Source: Candidatus Calditenuis fumarioli | GTDB taxonomy: Archaea > Thermoproteota > Nitrososphaeria_A > Caldarchaeales > Calditenuaceae | Length of the DNA: 64,000 nucleotides | Assembly: GCA_030059665.1 (NCBI GenBank) | Contig: JANVYR010000001.1 | Location: forward strand, 544,001-608,000 | Reading direction: 5' to 3' | Shown: positions 55,712-64,000 of the stretch, piece after piece | Layout of the letters: every line of letters begins with the position of its first letter | Position numbering within the stretch: position 1 is the stretch's first letter | Notes under the pieces: model-generated | Databases searched by the model: none | The model's input: the letters and a program-made list of their open reading frames with translations, nothing else | What the model was told of the DNA's origin: nothing | Position numbers and translations under genes: made by a program

Positions 55712-57382
55712 GTGACCTTCGTGGAGGAGGTCCGGGTTGACGCACTCGTGGTGGGATCAGGTGCTGCAGGCCTGGTGGGAGCCCTGACGATAAGACACGC
55801 TGGATACGAGGTGCTTCTGGTGGAGAAGACCGAGCTCATCGGTGGATCGAGCGCCATGTCCGGCGGCGGCCTCTGGATACCGAACAATCCGGTTTCGGCA
55901 GAGGCGGGCGTCGAGGACTCCTTCGAGCAGGCCCTCACTTACCTCCGCAACGTCGTCCCGGAGATGAGGGATGCATCGTCCCTCGAACGGATCAAGGCCT
56001 ACCTCACGTACGGGCCGGAGATGGTGCGCTTCCTGAGGGATCTGGGCTTCAGGTGGAGACCATCGCTCGGATATCCCGATTACTACCCCGAGGTCCCCGG
56101 AGGATCCGTAAAGGGCAGGTGCATTGAGGGAGCCGTCTTCAACGGGAGGAAGCTGGGGGAGTGGAGAAAGAGGCTGCGACGGTACCCGGGAGCGCCTCCG
56201 CTGCCGATCCACACCAACGAGGCGTGGCGCCTGTACCTCATGAGGAGCAGGATCGGGGTGGCAGCTCTTCTCAGGATAGGATTCAGGCTGTTGGGAAACT
56301 GGATGCTGGGAAGGATACCGCTGACTCTGGGAGCCTCCCTCGTCGGGCAGCTCCTCTACCTCTGCCTGAAGCACGGCGTTCGGATCTGGCTGGAGTCTCC
56401 CCTCGTTGAGCTGGTGACCGATGACGGTCGGGTCATCGGGGCCGTGGTCATGCACGAAGGCAGGTACGTCCGCGTGACCGCGAAAGGAGGGGTGCTTCTC
56501 GCTGCGGGTGGGTTCGAGCACAACCAGGAGATGCGCGAGCGGTTCCTGCCTAAACCTACAAGCACCGAGTGGGCGGTGGGCTCTCCCGGCAACACTGGCG
56601 ACGCCATTAGCGCAGCCATGAGAATCGGTGCCAGGGTCGCTCTCATGGACAAGGCCTGGGGAGGGCCCGTGGCCGTCACTCCCGAGGGTAAGCCTCTCTT
56701 CCTGCTCGCCGAGAGGTCGCTGCCTTTCGGGATCATCGTCGACTCCAGCGGCGAGCGTTTCATGAATGAGTCGGCCTCCTATGTTGACTGCTGGCACAGC
56801 ATATATCGGAGGAACAGGGAGGTACCAGCGATACCGTCTTGGCTGATCATCGATAACAGGCACAGGTCGAGGTACCTCTTCGGGACCTTGCCTCCGGGCT
56901 ACACTCCATCGAAGGCGACCAGCTCTCGCTTCCTCGTGAGGGCTCGCTCTCTCGATGAGCTCGCCGAGAAGGTAGGCGTTGACTCGCAGGGCCTGAAGGC
57001 GACGGTGAGGAGGTTCAACGAGATGGCCAGGAAAGGGAGGGACGAGGACTTCAAACGAGGAGAGAGCGCTTACGACCGCTTCTATTCGGATCCCTACGTG
57101 AGGCCCAATCCGAACCTCGGTCCGGTGGAGAAACCACCGTTCTACGCCACCGCCGTCTATCCCGGAGAGCTGGGGACTTGCGGCGGCCTACTGACCGACG
57201 AGTGGGCGAGGGTCCTGCACGAGGACGGCCACCCGATAGAGGGCCTTTACGCTGCGGGTAACGCGTCAGCCTCCGTCTTCGGCGGAACCTACCCTGGCCC
57301 GGGATCGACGTTGGGGCCCGCCTGCACCTTCGCCTACATAGCGGCCAGACACATCGTTCAGCGCCTCCGCGAGATGCCTTGA
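55712..57382 (+). CDS. FAD-dependent oxidoreductase, 3-ketosteroid-delta1-dehydrogenase-like
   Basis: VVGSGAAG, SGGGLWIPNN, YPDY, RFMNESASY, TCGG, YPGPGSTLG. Confidence 0.75.
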   Translation: MTFVEEVRVDALVVGSGAAGLVGALTIRHAGYEVLLVEKTELIGGSSAMSGGGLWIPNNPVSAEAGVEDSFEQALTYLRNVVPEMRDASSLERIKAYLTYGPEMVRFLRDLGFRWRPSLGYPDYYPEVPGGSVKGRCIEGAVFNGRKLGEWRKRLRRYPGAPPLPIHTNEAWRLYLMRSRIGVAALLRIGFRLLGNWMLGRIPLTLGASLVGQLLYLCLKHGVRIWLESPLVELVTDDGRVIGAVVMHEGRYVRVTAKGGVLLAAGGFEHNQEMRERFLPKPTSTEWAVGSPGNTGDAISAAMRIGARVALMDKAWGGPVAVTPEGKPLFLLAERSLPFGIIVDSSGERFMNESASYVDCWHSIYRRNREVPAIPSWLIIDNRHRSRYLFGTLPPGYTPSKATSSRFLVRARSLDELAEKVGVDSQGLKATVRRFNEMARKGRDEDFKRGESAYDRFYSDPYVRPNPNLGPVEKPPFYATAVYPGELGTCGGLLTDEWARVLHEDGHPIEGLYAAGNASASVFGGTYPGPGSTLGPACTFAYIAARHIVQRLREMP

Positions 57383-57473
57383 TGCCGTCGTGTCCCTTCA
57401 CCTGCGGCCCCACTGGATCCCAGAATCGCGTTTCCGAGAAAGGGATATTGGAGACGGCGACCCACTTCGTGCG

Positions 57474-57839
57474 TTGCCCTTCAAGGTGAAGCGGGTCTAC
57501 GAGGCGCCCTCGCCCGATGACGGGTTCAGGGTCCTCGTCGACAGGTTATGGCCCAGGGGCCTGAGCAAGTCCACGGCAAGGGTCGACCTATGGCTGAAGG
57601 AGGTGGCGCCCTCGGATTCCCTCCGGAAATGGTTCGGTCACGACCCCAGGAGGTGGGAGGAGTTCAGGCGTAGGTACTTCGCCGAGCTCGAGGGGAAGAA
57701 GGACCTAGTGCGGGTGCTGATCGATGCGGAGCGGGAGCACGGGACAGTCACGCTCCTCTACTCCGCGAAGGACGCGCTTCACAACAACGCGGTAGCCCTG
57801 CTCGAGTACCTTCAGGGCGAGCTCAGCCGTAGGTCGTGA
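57474..57839 (+). CDS. DUF488/YeaO family protein
   Basis: KRVYE, DGFRVLVDRLWPRG, WLKEVAPS, WFGHDP, HNNA. Confidence 0.9.
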   Translation: MPFKVKRVYEAPSPDDGFRVLVDRLWPRGLSKSTARVDLWLKEVAPSDSLRKWFGHDPRRWEEFRRRYFAELEGKKDLVRVLIDAEREHGTVTLLYSAKDALHNNAVALLEYLQGELSRRS

Positions 57840-58836
57840 CGACCCTCAGCCAGTCCCGAAGGCGTATCTCCATCCCGTACCTCAGCTCCTTCGACTTCAT
57901 GTGGAGGAAGATCCCGAGCAGCAGCCTCAGGTTCGTCAGCGGGTTCCCCTCGCCGCGTATCTTGTTCCTGATGTACCTGAACGCGGTCCAGAGGGGCTCG
58001 AAGAACCCGATCAACTTCGAAGGGTACTCCTCGAGCCTTCCCTCACGGAGAAGGGACGAGAACAGCTCAGCCGACTGCATCCCCGGTATGATGCCCTCCC
58101 CGAGGACGGGGTAGACGGCTCCCACGCTCTCGCCGACACCGTAGACGTTGCCATGGACTATGGGGACCGCGAGACGGGGCGGGGTTATCCTGACGGGCCT
58201 TCCGACCTTCGCGATCACCTCTCCGCCGTTCCTCGCCACGAACTCGTTCAGGACCTCGACGTGGCGCTTGTAGTAGTCACCTGCCCCGACGTGGGCCAGC
58301 CCGTCGCCCAGGGGGAAGTACCAGAAGTAACCCGAGAGCGGTTTGATGGGTTTGACGTAGAAGTCGTCGAGCGGGGGGTCCCTGTACCTGATCAGGTACT
58401 CCAGAGTCGGGATGTAGTAGTCCTTCTGGAGCCTTGGGAGCAGCACCCTGTGGAAGCCTGTGGCGTCGACCACCACGTCGCCCCTCACCTCGTCGACCCT
58501 TCTGACCTCAGCTCCGTACGTGACCTCGACCCTCCTGTGCATGTCGAGGATCAGCCTCCGCTTGTCGAAGGTGCAGAGCCCCTTCAGCGGGACTTCGATC
58601 GCTTCGTCTCCGAGGTCAACAGTCATCCGCTTTCCGACGTGGAGGACGTAGTCGTCGAACTCGATGTCGACGAGCTCCAGTAGCCTCCTCATCTCGTGGT
58701 AGCTCGTGCCCCAGGCGCAGACCGCCCTGAAGCTCTCCGGTCTCTGTCGCTCGAGGACCCTCAGGTCGTGCTCCCCCCTAAGCAGGTTCGCGAGGTAGCT
58801 CCCGACGATCCCGCCGCCCGCGATCGTCACCCTCAT
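57823..58836 (-). CDS. geranylgeranyl reductase-like flavoprotein
   Basis: IAGGGIVG, DATG, YFWYFP, VGESVGAVYPVLGEGI. Confidence 0.75.
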   Translation of the reverse strand: MRVTIAGGGIVGSYLANLLRGEHDLRVLERQRPESFRAVCAWGTSYHEMRRLLELVDIEFDDYVLHVGKRMTVDLGDEAIEVPLKGLCTFDKRRLILDMHRRVEVTYGAEVRRVDEVRGDVVVDATGFHRVLLPRLQKDYYIPTLEYLIRYRDPPLDDFYVKPIKPLSGYFWYFPLGDGLAHVGAGDYYKRHVEVLNEFVARNGGEVIAKVGRPVRITPPRLAVPIVHGNVYGVGESVGAVYPVLGEGIIPGMQSAELFSSLLREGRLEEYPSKLIGFFEPLWTAFRYIRNKIRGEGNPLTNLRLLLGIFLHMKSKELRYGMEIRLRDWLRVVTTYG

Positions 58837-58994
58837 CCGGAAGACGGTTCTCGGAGCGGCTATTATCGGTAAGCTCCCGTATGGGGACCGGGTCATCGAT
58901 CATTTCTCATAATCCCATCCAGGCGCGCTGTAGCTCTATGTCCAATAAAGACTGTTGCATGCCGCACGTCGGATGATTAACCTTTTTCAGCCGG

Positions 58995-60116
58995 TTGAGG
59001 AATGCGAACGTAGGGAAGCTCTTGATCAAACTGCACTTGAGGAACTTCAAGGGCGTAGTTGAGGGAGAGATAGAGCTTCCTGACGTCTCGATATTAGTAG
59101 GAGGAAACAACTCGGGCAAGTCGACCATTTTGGAGGCGATCTTCCTAGCTCCTGATCCCTTAAGGGGGACTCCATACGGAGCTAAGATGCCTCCAATTGC
59201 AGTAATCGAACGCATACATTCTACACTTCGGGGTCGAGGATATGCCTTCCTCCTCAACAATTATTCAGCCGATACCGCAGAAATCTCCCTATCAGTTGAC
59301 TCAAAGGAATTTAACCTTCACATCGTTAAAGGCGAGCGTACTATTGGATTCTGTACGAAAAACCCAGCAGGTTTAACTTATTTTTATGGTGCTGGAGACA
59401 AGTTCTCAACTACATACTATTTGACTTTCGGCCAGCCATATAACGACACTTATCCACAAAGTTGTATGGACGATGCTGAAAGGACCCGAAGATTCATAGA
59501 GCGAGCGGGCCTCAGTTTCGACTATATTATCAAGCGTCGAGATCGTATTGAGACACTCCTTTATCATCCATCTTTACTTGATCTTGTAATCGAAGGTCTT
59601 CCGCATAGGTGGGCAGAGGTACAACCTTTAACCAAGAGCGTCGCATCGAAATTATCAGGTCTTTCGTGGGATGCGATTGTAAACATCACGTTCGAGCCGT
59701 TCGGAGGCTCGGTTGAAAACATCACACTCTACGCGCAATTGGAAGATGGTAGGAGGGTCAGAATAGGTGACCTAGGGGACGGAGCTAAAAACTTGTTAGT
59801 CAGTATGCTCCTCTACGAGATCTCACGACCTAAAATTCTGCTATTAGATGACCTGGAGAGTCACATGAACCCTAGAGCATTGGACGTGATGTTCGATTGG
59901 TTATGGGATGAAATCAAAGAGGGTCTCCGGGTTGTGGCGTCCACACACAACATAGAAGTGGCAAAGAGGTTTCTGAGCAGGTTTGATCAGTCAAAGGCCA
60001 TCCTAGTGGGGCTGAAGCAAGGCAGGCTTGGTTACAGGTCGTTCACGTTAGACGAACTCGAAGATTTGGAGGCGGGGGGCCTGGACATCCGAGTTGCGGA
60101 GGCCTTTCTGCTATGA
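58995..60116 (+). CDS. ABC-type AAA ATPase (AAA_15/AAA_21-like)
   Basis: N-terminal LRNFKG, GGNNSGKST, signature LGDG, LLDDLESHMNP, STHN; AT-richer sequence. Confidence 0.88.
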   Translation: MRNANVGKLLIKLHLRNFKGVVEGEIELPDVSILVGGNNSGKSTILEAIFLAPDPLRGTPYGAKMPPIAVIERIHSTLRGRGYAFLLNNYSADTAEISLSVDSKEFNLHIVKGERTIGFCTKNPAGLTYFYGAGDKFSTTYYLTFGQPYNDTYPQSCMDDAERTRRFIERAGLSFDYIIKRRDRIETLLYHPSLLDLVIEGLPHRWAEVQPLTKSVASKLSGLSWDAIVNITFEPFGGSVENITLYAQLEDGRRVRIGDLGDGAKNLLVSMLLYEISRPKILLLDDLESHMNPRALDVMFDWLWDEIKEGLRVVASTHNIEVAKRFLSRFDQSKAILVGLKQGRLGYRSFTLDELEDLEAGGLDIRVAEAFLL

Positions 60117-60862
60117 GGCTTGACATCACATCAGCAAAATACCGGATAAAGTCGGCTATAGAAAAGGCGTTTGATCTTTGCAGCATTCAACTTAAGCGGG
60201 CGATGGGTGAAATAGAGCTTGTGGTCGTTATAATGGACGGTAGCGAGGACTCACGTGTCATTGCCTTACTACTGCACAGACTTAACGGAGAATGCTCAGC
60301 AGCCATAATCACACCAAAAGATCTCGGAACGGACAACGTTGGCAAAAATCTCGCAACCTATATGAGCAAGGGAGTGAAGCAAAGGGCATTCCTCGTTGTG
60401 CTCGATCAAGAGGAGCTACAGTTAAATGAAGTATGGCGAAGGATTGAGGATTCGCTCAAAAAGCACGGAATTGCATACAAAGAGTGCGAACCCGGAGATA
60501 GGTGGAAAATATATTCGTGTAACCACGGTGATAAAGAGTTCCTCGTTGGCGTTGTCATTAACGGGCGAGATCTGCCGTTCCAAAAGCATTCTATTGAGGA
60601 CCACCTGCTCGAGCTGCTCAACAAGCTCGCGGACACGACGTCATCACAACAGTTAACCAGTCTGAGAGTAGCTGCTAATTCATCTAAGGATGCATGGTCG
60701 AAAATTGCAAAGAATAACCACGATGTCCAGCGGATGGTTTACAGTGCGGTCGTGAACAGCGAACACGCTTCCACTGTTTTCCAGCAACATGTGAACGCTG
60801 TAGAGAGATTGAGGAAGATGCTGCGTGGGCAGAGGTTCGATTGTGGTAAGTCATCAACGTGA
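60113..60862 (+). CDS. putative TOPRIM-like partner (DUF3226/DUF4435-like)
   Basis: VVIMDGSED, VVLDQE, SIEDHLL acidic motifs; translationally coupled to the ATPase. Confidence 0.5.
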   Translation: MRLDITSAKYRIKSAIEKAFDLCSIQLKRAMGEIELVVVIMDGSEDSRVIALLLHRLNGECSAAIITPKDLGTDNVGKNLATYMSKGVKQRAFLVVLDQEELQLNEVWRRIEDSLKKHGIAYKECEPGDRWKIYSCNHGDKEFLVGVVINGRDLPFQKHSIEDHLLELLNKLADTTSSQQLTSLRVAANSSKDAWSKIAKNNHDVQRMVYSAVVNSEHASTVFQQHVNAVERLRKMLRGQRFDCGKSST

Positions 60863-61005
60863 TCCCGTCATAACACCGTTAACCCTGAGCGGGTAATGCG
60901 TAACATCCGAGGGTGAGTGTCGAGGACTGTTGGGAGTCGTAGGAAGGTCATTCCCTCTGCCATAAAACCAGTACCGTCAGACCGTCAGCATACCGTTAAC
61001 ATGTC

Positions 61006-61093
61006 TGGTGCGGGGGGTGGGATTCGAACCCACGAACCCCTACGGGACAGGGTCCTGAGCCCTGCGCCTTTGACCAGGCTTGGCTACCCCCGC
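61006..61093 (-). tRNA. tRNA-Leu(CAG) with encoded CCA
   Basis: GCGGGGG/CCCCCGC acceptor stem; CAGGG-CTCAGGA-CCCTG; long variable arm; TTCGAAT T loop. Confidence 0.96.
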
Positions 61094-61163
61094 CCGGTGT
61101 TCACATCTCCATAGCCTGCTAATAGAAGTTGAGCCGTTCGGAGGGAGCGGCGGGCTCCGGGCG

Positions 61164-61376
61164 CTACCACCTCATGAGGATCAGGTACAGCGCCAGCAGG
61201 ACGACGATGAGGAGCGGTGAGGTTCCCACGGTGACGTCGCCCACCTTGACCGAGACGAAGAGCAGGGGGTGGAGCTCTCCGACCGCCGGAAGATGCCTCG
61301 CCAGCAGGGAGCCGAAAACGAGCGCCGCACCCATCGCGATCAGAAGCAGGCCCAACGCGATCAACGGGTCCCTCAC
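61164..61376 (-). CDS. small membrane protein
   Basis: 70 aa, two hydrophobic helices, coupled to the upstream PRTase. Confidence 0.6.
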   Translation of the reverse strand: MRDPLIALGLLLIAMGAALVFGSLLARHLPAVGELHPLLFVSVKVGDVTVGTSPLLIVVLLALYLILMRW

Positions 61377-62020
61377 GTCCCCCTCACCGCCCTCGCGGCC
61401 CTGAGCAGCCCTATCACCTCCTCGTCGTCCACCTGCGGGAAGTGCTCGTAGAACTCTCCGACCGCGAAGAACTCATCCGGAACGAAGACCGCCTCGGCCC
61501 TGTCAGCCTCTAATGCGGCCCTCATCAGCGCCTCCCTCGATGAGACGGGAACCGCGACGCTCACGCTTTTGGCACCGAGCCGCCTCGCGGACCTTATGCC
61601 GGCCATCATCGTCGACCCGGTCGCCATCCCGTCGTCGACGAGCACCACGCTCCTCCCCCTGACCTCGAGCCTCTCCGCCCCTCCCCTCAGGCGCTGCGCC
61701 CTCTCCCTCACCTCGCCCAGCATCGACGAGGCCCGCTCGAAGACGTACGATTCGTCGAGTCCGTAGAGCTCTATGACCTCGCGCTCGACGTAGACCTCGC
61801 CGTCCTCGGAGACCGCACCCGCGGCCAGCTCCGGGTTCCCGGGAACTCCTATCTTTCGGACCATCAAAACGTCAAGCCCCGCGCCAAGCCCCCTCGCCAC
61901 CTCGTACCCCACCACGACCCCTCCCCTCGGTATGGCCAGCACCAACTCCGGAGGCTCGGGCCACCTCCTGACGAGCTCCAGAAGCCTCAGCCCTGCCTCC
62001 CTCCTGTCCCTGAACCTCAT
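61373..62020 (-). CDS. type I phosphoribosyltransferase-family protein
   Basis: FRDRREAG, IPRGG, RKIGVPGNPELA, VDDGMATG, VGEFY. Confidence 0.88.
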   Translation of the reverse strand: MRFRDRREAGLRLLELVRRWPEPPELVLAIPRGGVVVGYEVARGLGAGLDVLMVRKIGVPGNPELAAGAVSEDGEVYVEREVIELYGLDESYVFERASSMLGEVRERAQRLRGGAERLEVRGRSVVLVDDGMATGSTMMAGIRSARRLGAKSVSVAVPVSSREALMRAALEADRAEAVFVPDEFFAVGEFYEHFPQVDDEEVIGLLRAARAVRGT

Positions 62021-62174
62021 GCCCTTCTCCCAAATCAGTGGCGCCTGCCGGGTAAAATAATCCCTCATTACGTCATCAACTGCTCAAGGACGGGTATCGC
62101 CTGCGTCTCCCCTATCTGAACCAAAACCTCCTTCAGGAGCCTGGACACTAACTCACATTCCTTATGAACGTGCA

Positions 62175-63254
62175 TTGCGATATGAGATGATAGGAATGAT
62201 CGGAGAAGCAAACCAAAAACATCTCGATTGGAAGCTGAAGGAGAAAGCCCTTGAGCTGTTCAGGAGACTCGAGCAGATATCAGAGCTTCCGAGGTTTGAC
62301 GGAGCATGTGTTGATTTCCATCAGAAGAGGCCGGCGATGGTTTTCATAGCGGAGAAAGAGCTGATATCTCAAGTCGAGAACGGAGAGCTCCCGGGGTTCC
62401 TCGTCGCGCAGGGCGTCCGCCGCGTGCTGGTGGACGCCCTGTGGCCGACGAACGTAGCCATCCTCAAGCAGCTAATCGAAAACGGGGTCGAGGTCTGGGT
62501 CCTAACCAGACCATCGGCCCTTCACGGATGGAGGAGGAAGAAGAATTCAGGGAAGCCAAAGGGACTCATTGAGTGGTTGGAAAGACACAACCCACAGGTC
62601 CTCGAGGGTTTCAAGACGGAGATCAAGAACGATGTTTATGATGCCGTCTTACTGCGCTACATGAAGCCGAAATTCATGAGGCCTCTCATGAAAGAGCATC
62701 TGACGTGTTGGGTAAGCATGCTGTTATATCGGTATGCCAGAAGGAATCGTCAGGGACTGCTCCAACAGCTCGACGCTCTACCAGTATCAGAGGACGAAAG
62801 GTCGTGGAGAGTAGAGATGGCCGAGGACTATCTGATGATGGAGGCGACGAACTTCATTCAGATCATCAAGAGTTGCTATCCTAAGATCTGCGAAATGTTC
62901 AAGGATCTGCGCATCGATGGCGGAGATGTCGTAACACAGGCACTCGTCTGCGACGTGTTCATGGAGATTGATGAGACCAAGAGCTTGACCGAGGTTTACA
63001 GGAAATTCGGACTCATCCCTAAGAAGGATCAAGAAGGTCTGATATATGACGGAGCGGCCAAGCACTCACTGGTTCAGTTGACCGCGAAGAGGCTCGGGGT
63101 TAATCCGAAATACCTGACCGCTGAGGAAAAGAAAGAGTTGGTGGAGGAACAGAGGATAACAGTAGAGGTGATCTATAAATGGAAGAGGAAGATGATGGGC
63201 CTAGGGGCGGGCGCTTCAGCGGGGGAGACCCGGGCACGGGCGCTAGCCGGGTAA
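62175..63254 (+). mobile_element. divergent IS110-family transposase/recombinase
   Basis: RuvC-like residues CVDFH, VLVDAL, KNDVYDA; C-terminal FGLIPKKDQEG resembles the GLxP...QSG motif; AT-richer sequence. Confidence 0.6.
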
Positions 63255-63345
63255 AAAGTCGCCCCCGCCGTGAGGCGGCGAGGCGTACTTTATGGGTTTA
63301 AGCACCGGCCCGGGCCCCAAACGGCCGAGGACACCCTGAGCTGAC
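63221..63345 (+). ncRNA. candidate structured RNA at the 3' end of the IS110-like element
   Basis: Nested stems GGGGGAGAC/GTCGCCCCC and CCCGG/CCGGG, CCGCC-GTGA-GGCGG hairpin, CGGCC/GGCCG hairpin. Confidence 0.35.
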
Positions 63346-63393
63346 GGTGGAAGCGATCCAAACCCCTCCCCTTTTCTTCCTTTCTTGAGCTAT

Positions 63394-63841
63394 GCCTTGT
63401 GGCTTAATTCCTCTAGCTCTACCCCCTTCTCCAGCTGGTGGTTCTTCGTCTCAGGTTCATTTTGTGTCCAGCAAACAGGATGTATATGAACACCTTCTGT
63501 ACCATCTCTACCTTCATCCATCTAGGCTTCTTGGATAGCACTTCTTCTCATCAAATCGTCTTGAATGCAAATAATACCATTTCGATCGTCCACCTTCTCT
63601 CTCCTAAAGCTCATCTGCATAACGCTTAACGAAATTCAGGTCAAGTATGACCTTTCCCCTCTTGATAAGCCTTTCGTCAACTCCCTTCCAATAGTTGGAA
63701 GCCATTGAGATGAGGTAAGTAACAGCAGGCCATAGGCCTTACTCTTCATAAAGAGCCACCTTCAAAGTCCAGAGGTACCGATGCGAAGCTCAGAGAATGG
63801 GCTCAGGAACCGGGAGAAGTCTGCGAATTAAGCCACAAGGC
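63394..63841 (-). mobile_element. non-autonomous, internally deleted IS5-family element (448 bp)
   Basis: Perfect 17-bp TIRs: GCCTTGTGGCTTAATTC (63394-63410) and GAATTAAGCCACAAGGC (63825-63841). Confidence 0.85.
63440..63705 (-). pseudogene. IS5-family transposase remnant (N- and C-termini joined, with stops and a frameshift)
   Basis: MASNYWKGVDERLIKRGKVILDLNFVKRYADEL* followed in another frame by RWTIEMVLFAFKTI**EEVLSKKPRWMKVEMVQKVFIY. Confidence 0.7.
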
Positions 63842-63900
63842 GCGCCACAGCTCTCTTACCTCCGAGCACGCCCTTATCCGGGCAGCACTTAGGCATCCGC

Positions 63901-64000
63901 GTGAGGTACGGCACCGGTGACGACGGAAGCACCTGGCTCCTGGAGGGCAAGAGGGTGAGGAAGTACCACCCGAGGGTGGTGGCCTGCGGGGAGGTGGACG
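63901..64000 (+). CDS. PduO-type ATP:cob(I)alamin adenosyltransferase (partial)
   Basis: MRYGTGDDGSTWLLEGKRVRKYHPRVVACGEVD matches the GDxGxT...RVxK...R...GxVD pattern. Confidence 0.8.
   Translation, partial: MRYGTGDDGSTWLLEGKRVRKYHPRVVACGEVD

Noticed and set aside
58860-58990. att-like duplication of the tRNA-Leu 3' end
   Set aside because: No matching direct repeat found at the left boundary of the island.
1-64000. CRISPR arrays, cas genes and rRNA genes
   Set aside because: No regularly spaced repeats, cas motifs or rRNA-like regions were seen.

Overview
GC-rich archaeal chromosomal segment. Archaeal histone, rps15/S13e, TFS, intron-containing tRNAs and a Nitrososphaerota-style NuoD C-terminus suggest the Nitrososphaerota/Aigarchaeota lineage (inference). 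It is mostly housekeeping: guaB-purA-purB, lysJ, ilvE, tmk, adkA, trmI, Rqc2/NEMF, aCPSF2-type RNase, family-5 UDG, RadB, an ECF transporter and 4 tRNAs. Accessory features: a complete clade II-type N2O reductase cluster (nosZ-cupredoxin-nosL-nosB-nosD-nosF-nosY); three paralogous secreted small proteins plus a dedicated SipW-like signal peptidase (TasA/archaeal bundling-pilus-like locus); an OSTC/OST3-like membrane protein; a histone with non-canonical tetramer-interface residues; a zinc-ribbon/CdvA-like protein; a KstD-like flavoprotein. AT-richer insertions carry a second ABC-2 exporter, an ABC-ATPase plus TOPRIM-like pair beside tRNA-Leu, a divergent IS110-like recombinase with a structured 3' end, and a 448-bp internally deleted IS5-family element with perfect 17-bp TIRs. 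All family calls come from motif recognition by eye; no searches were run.
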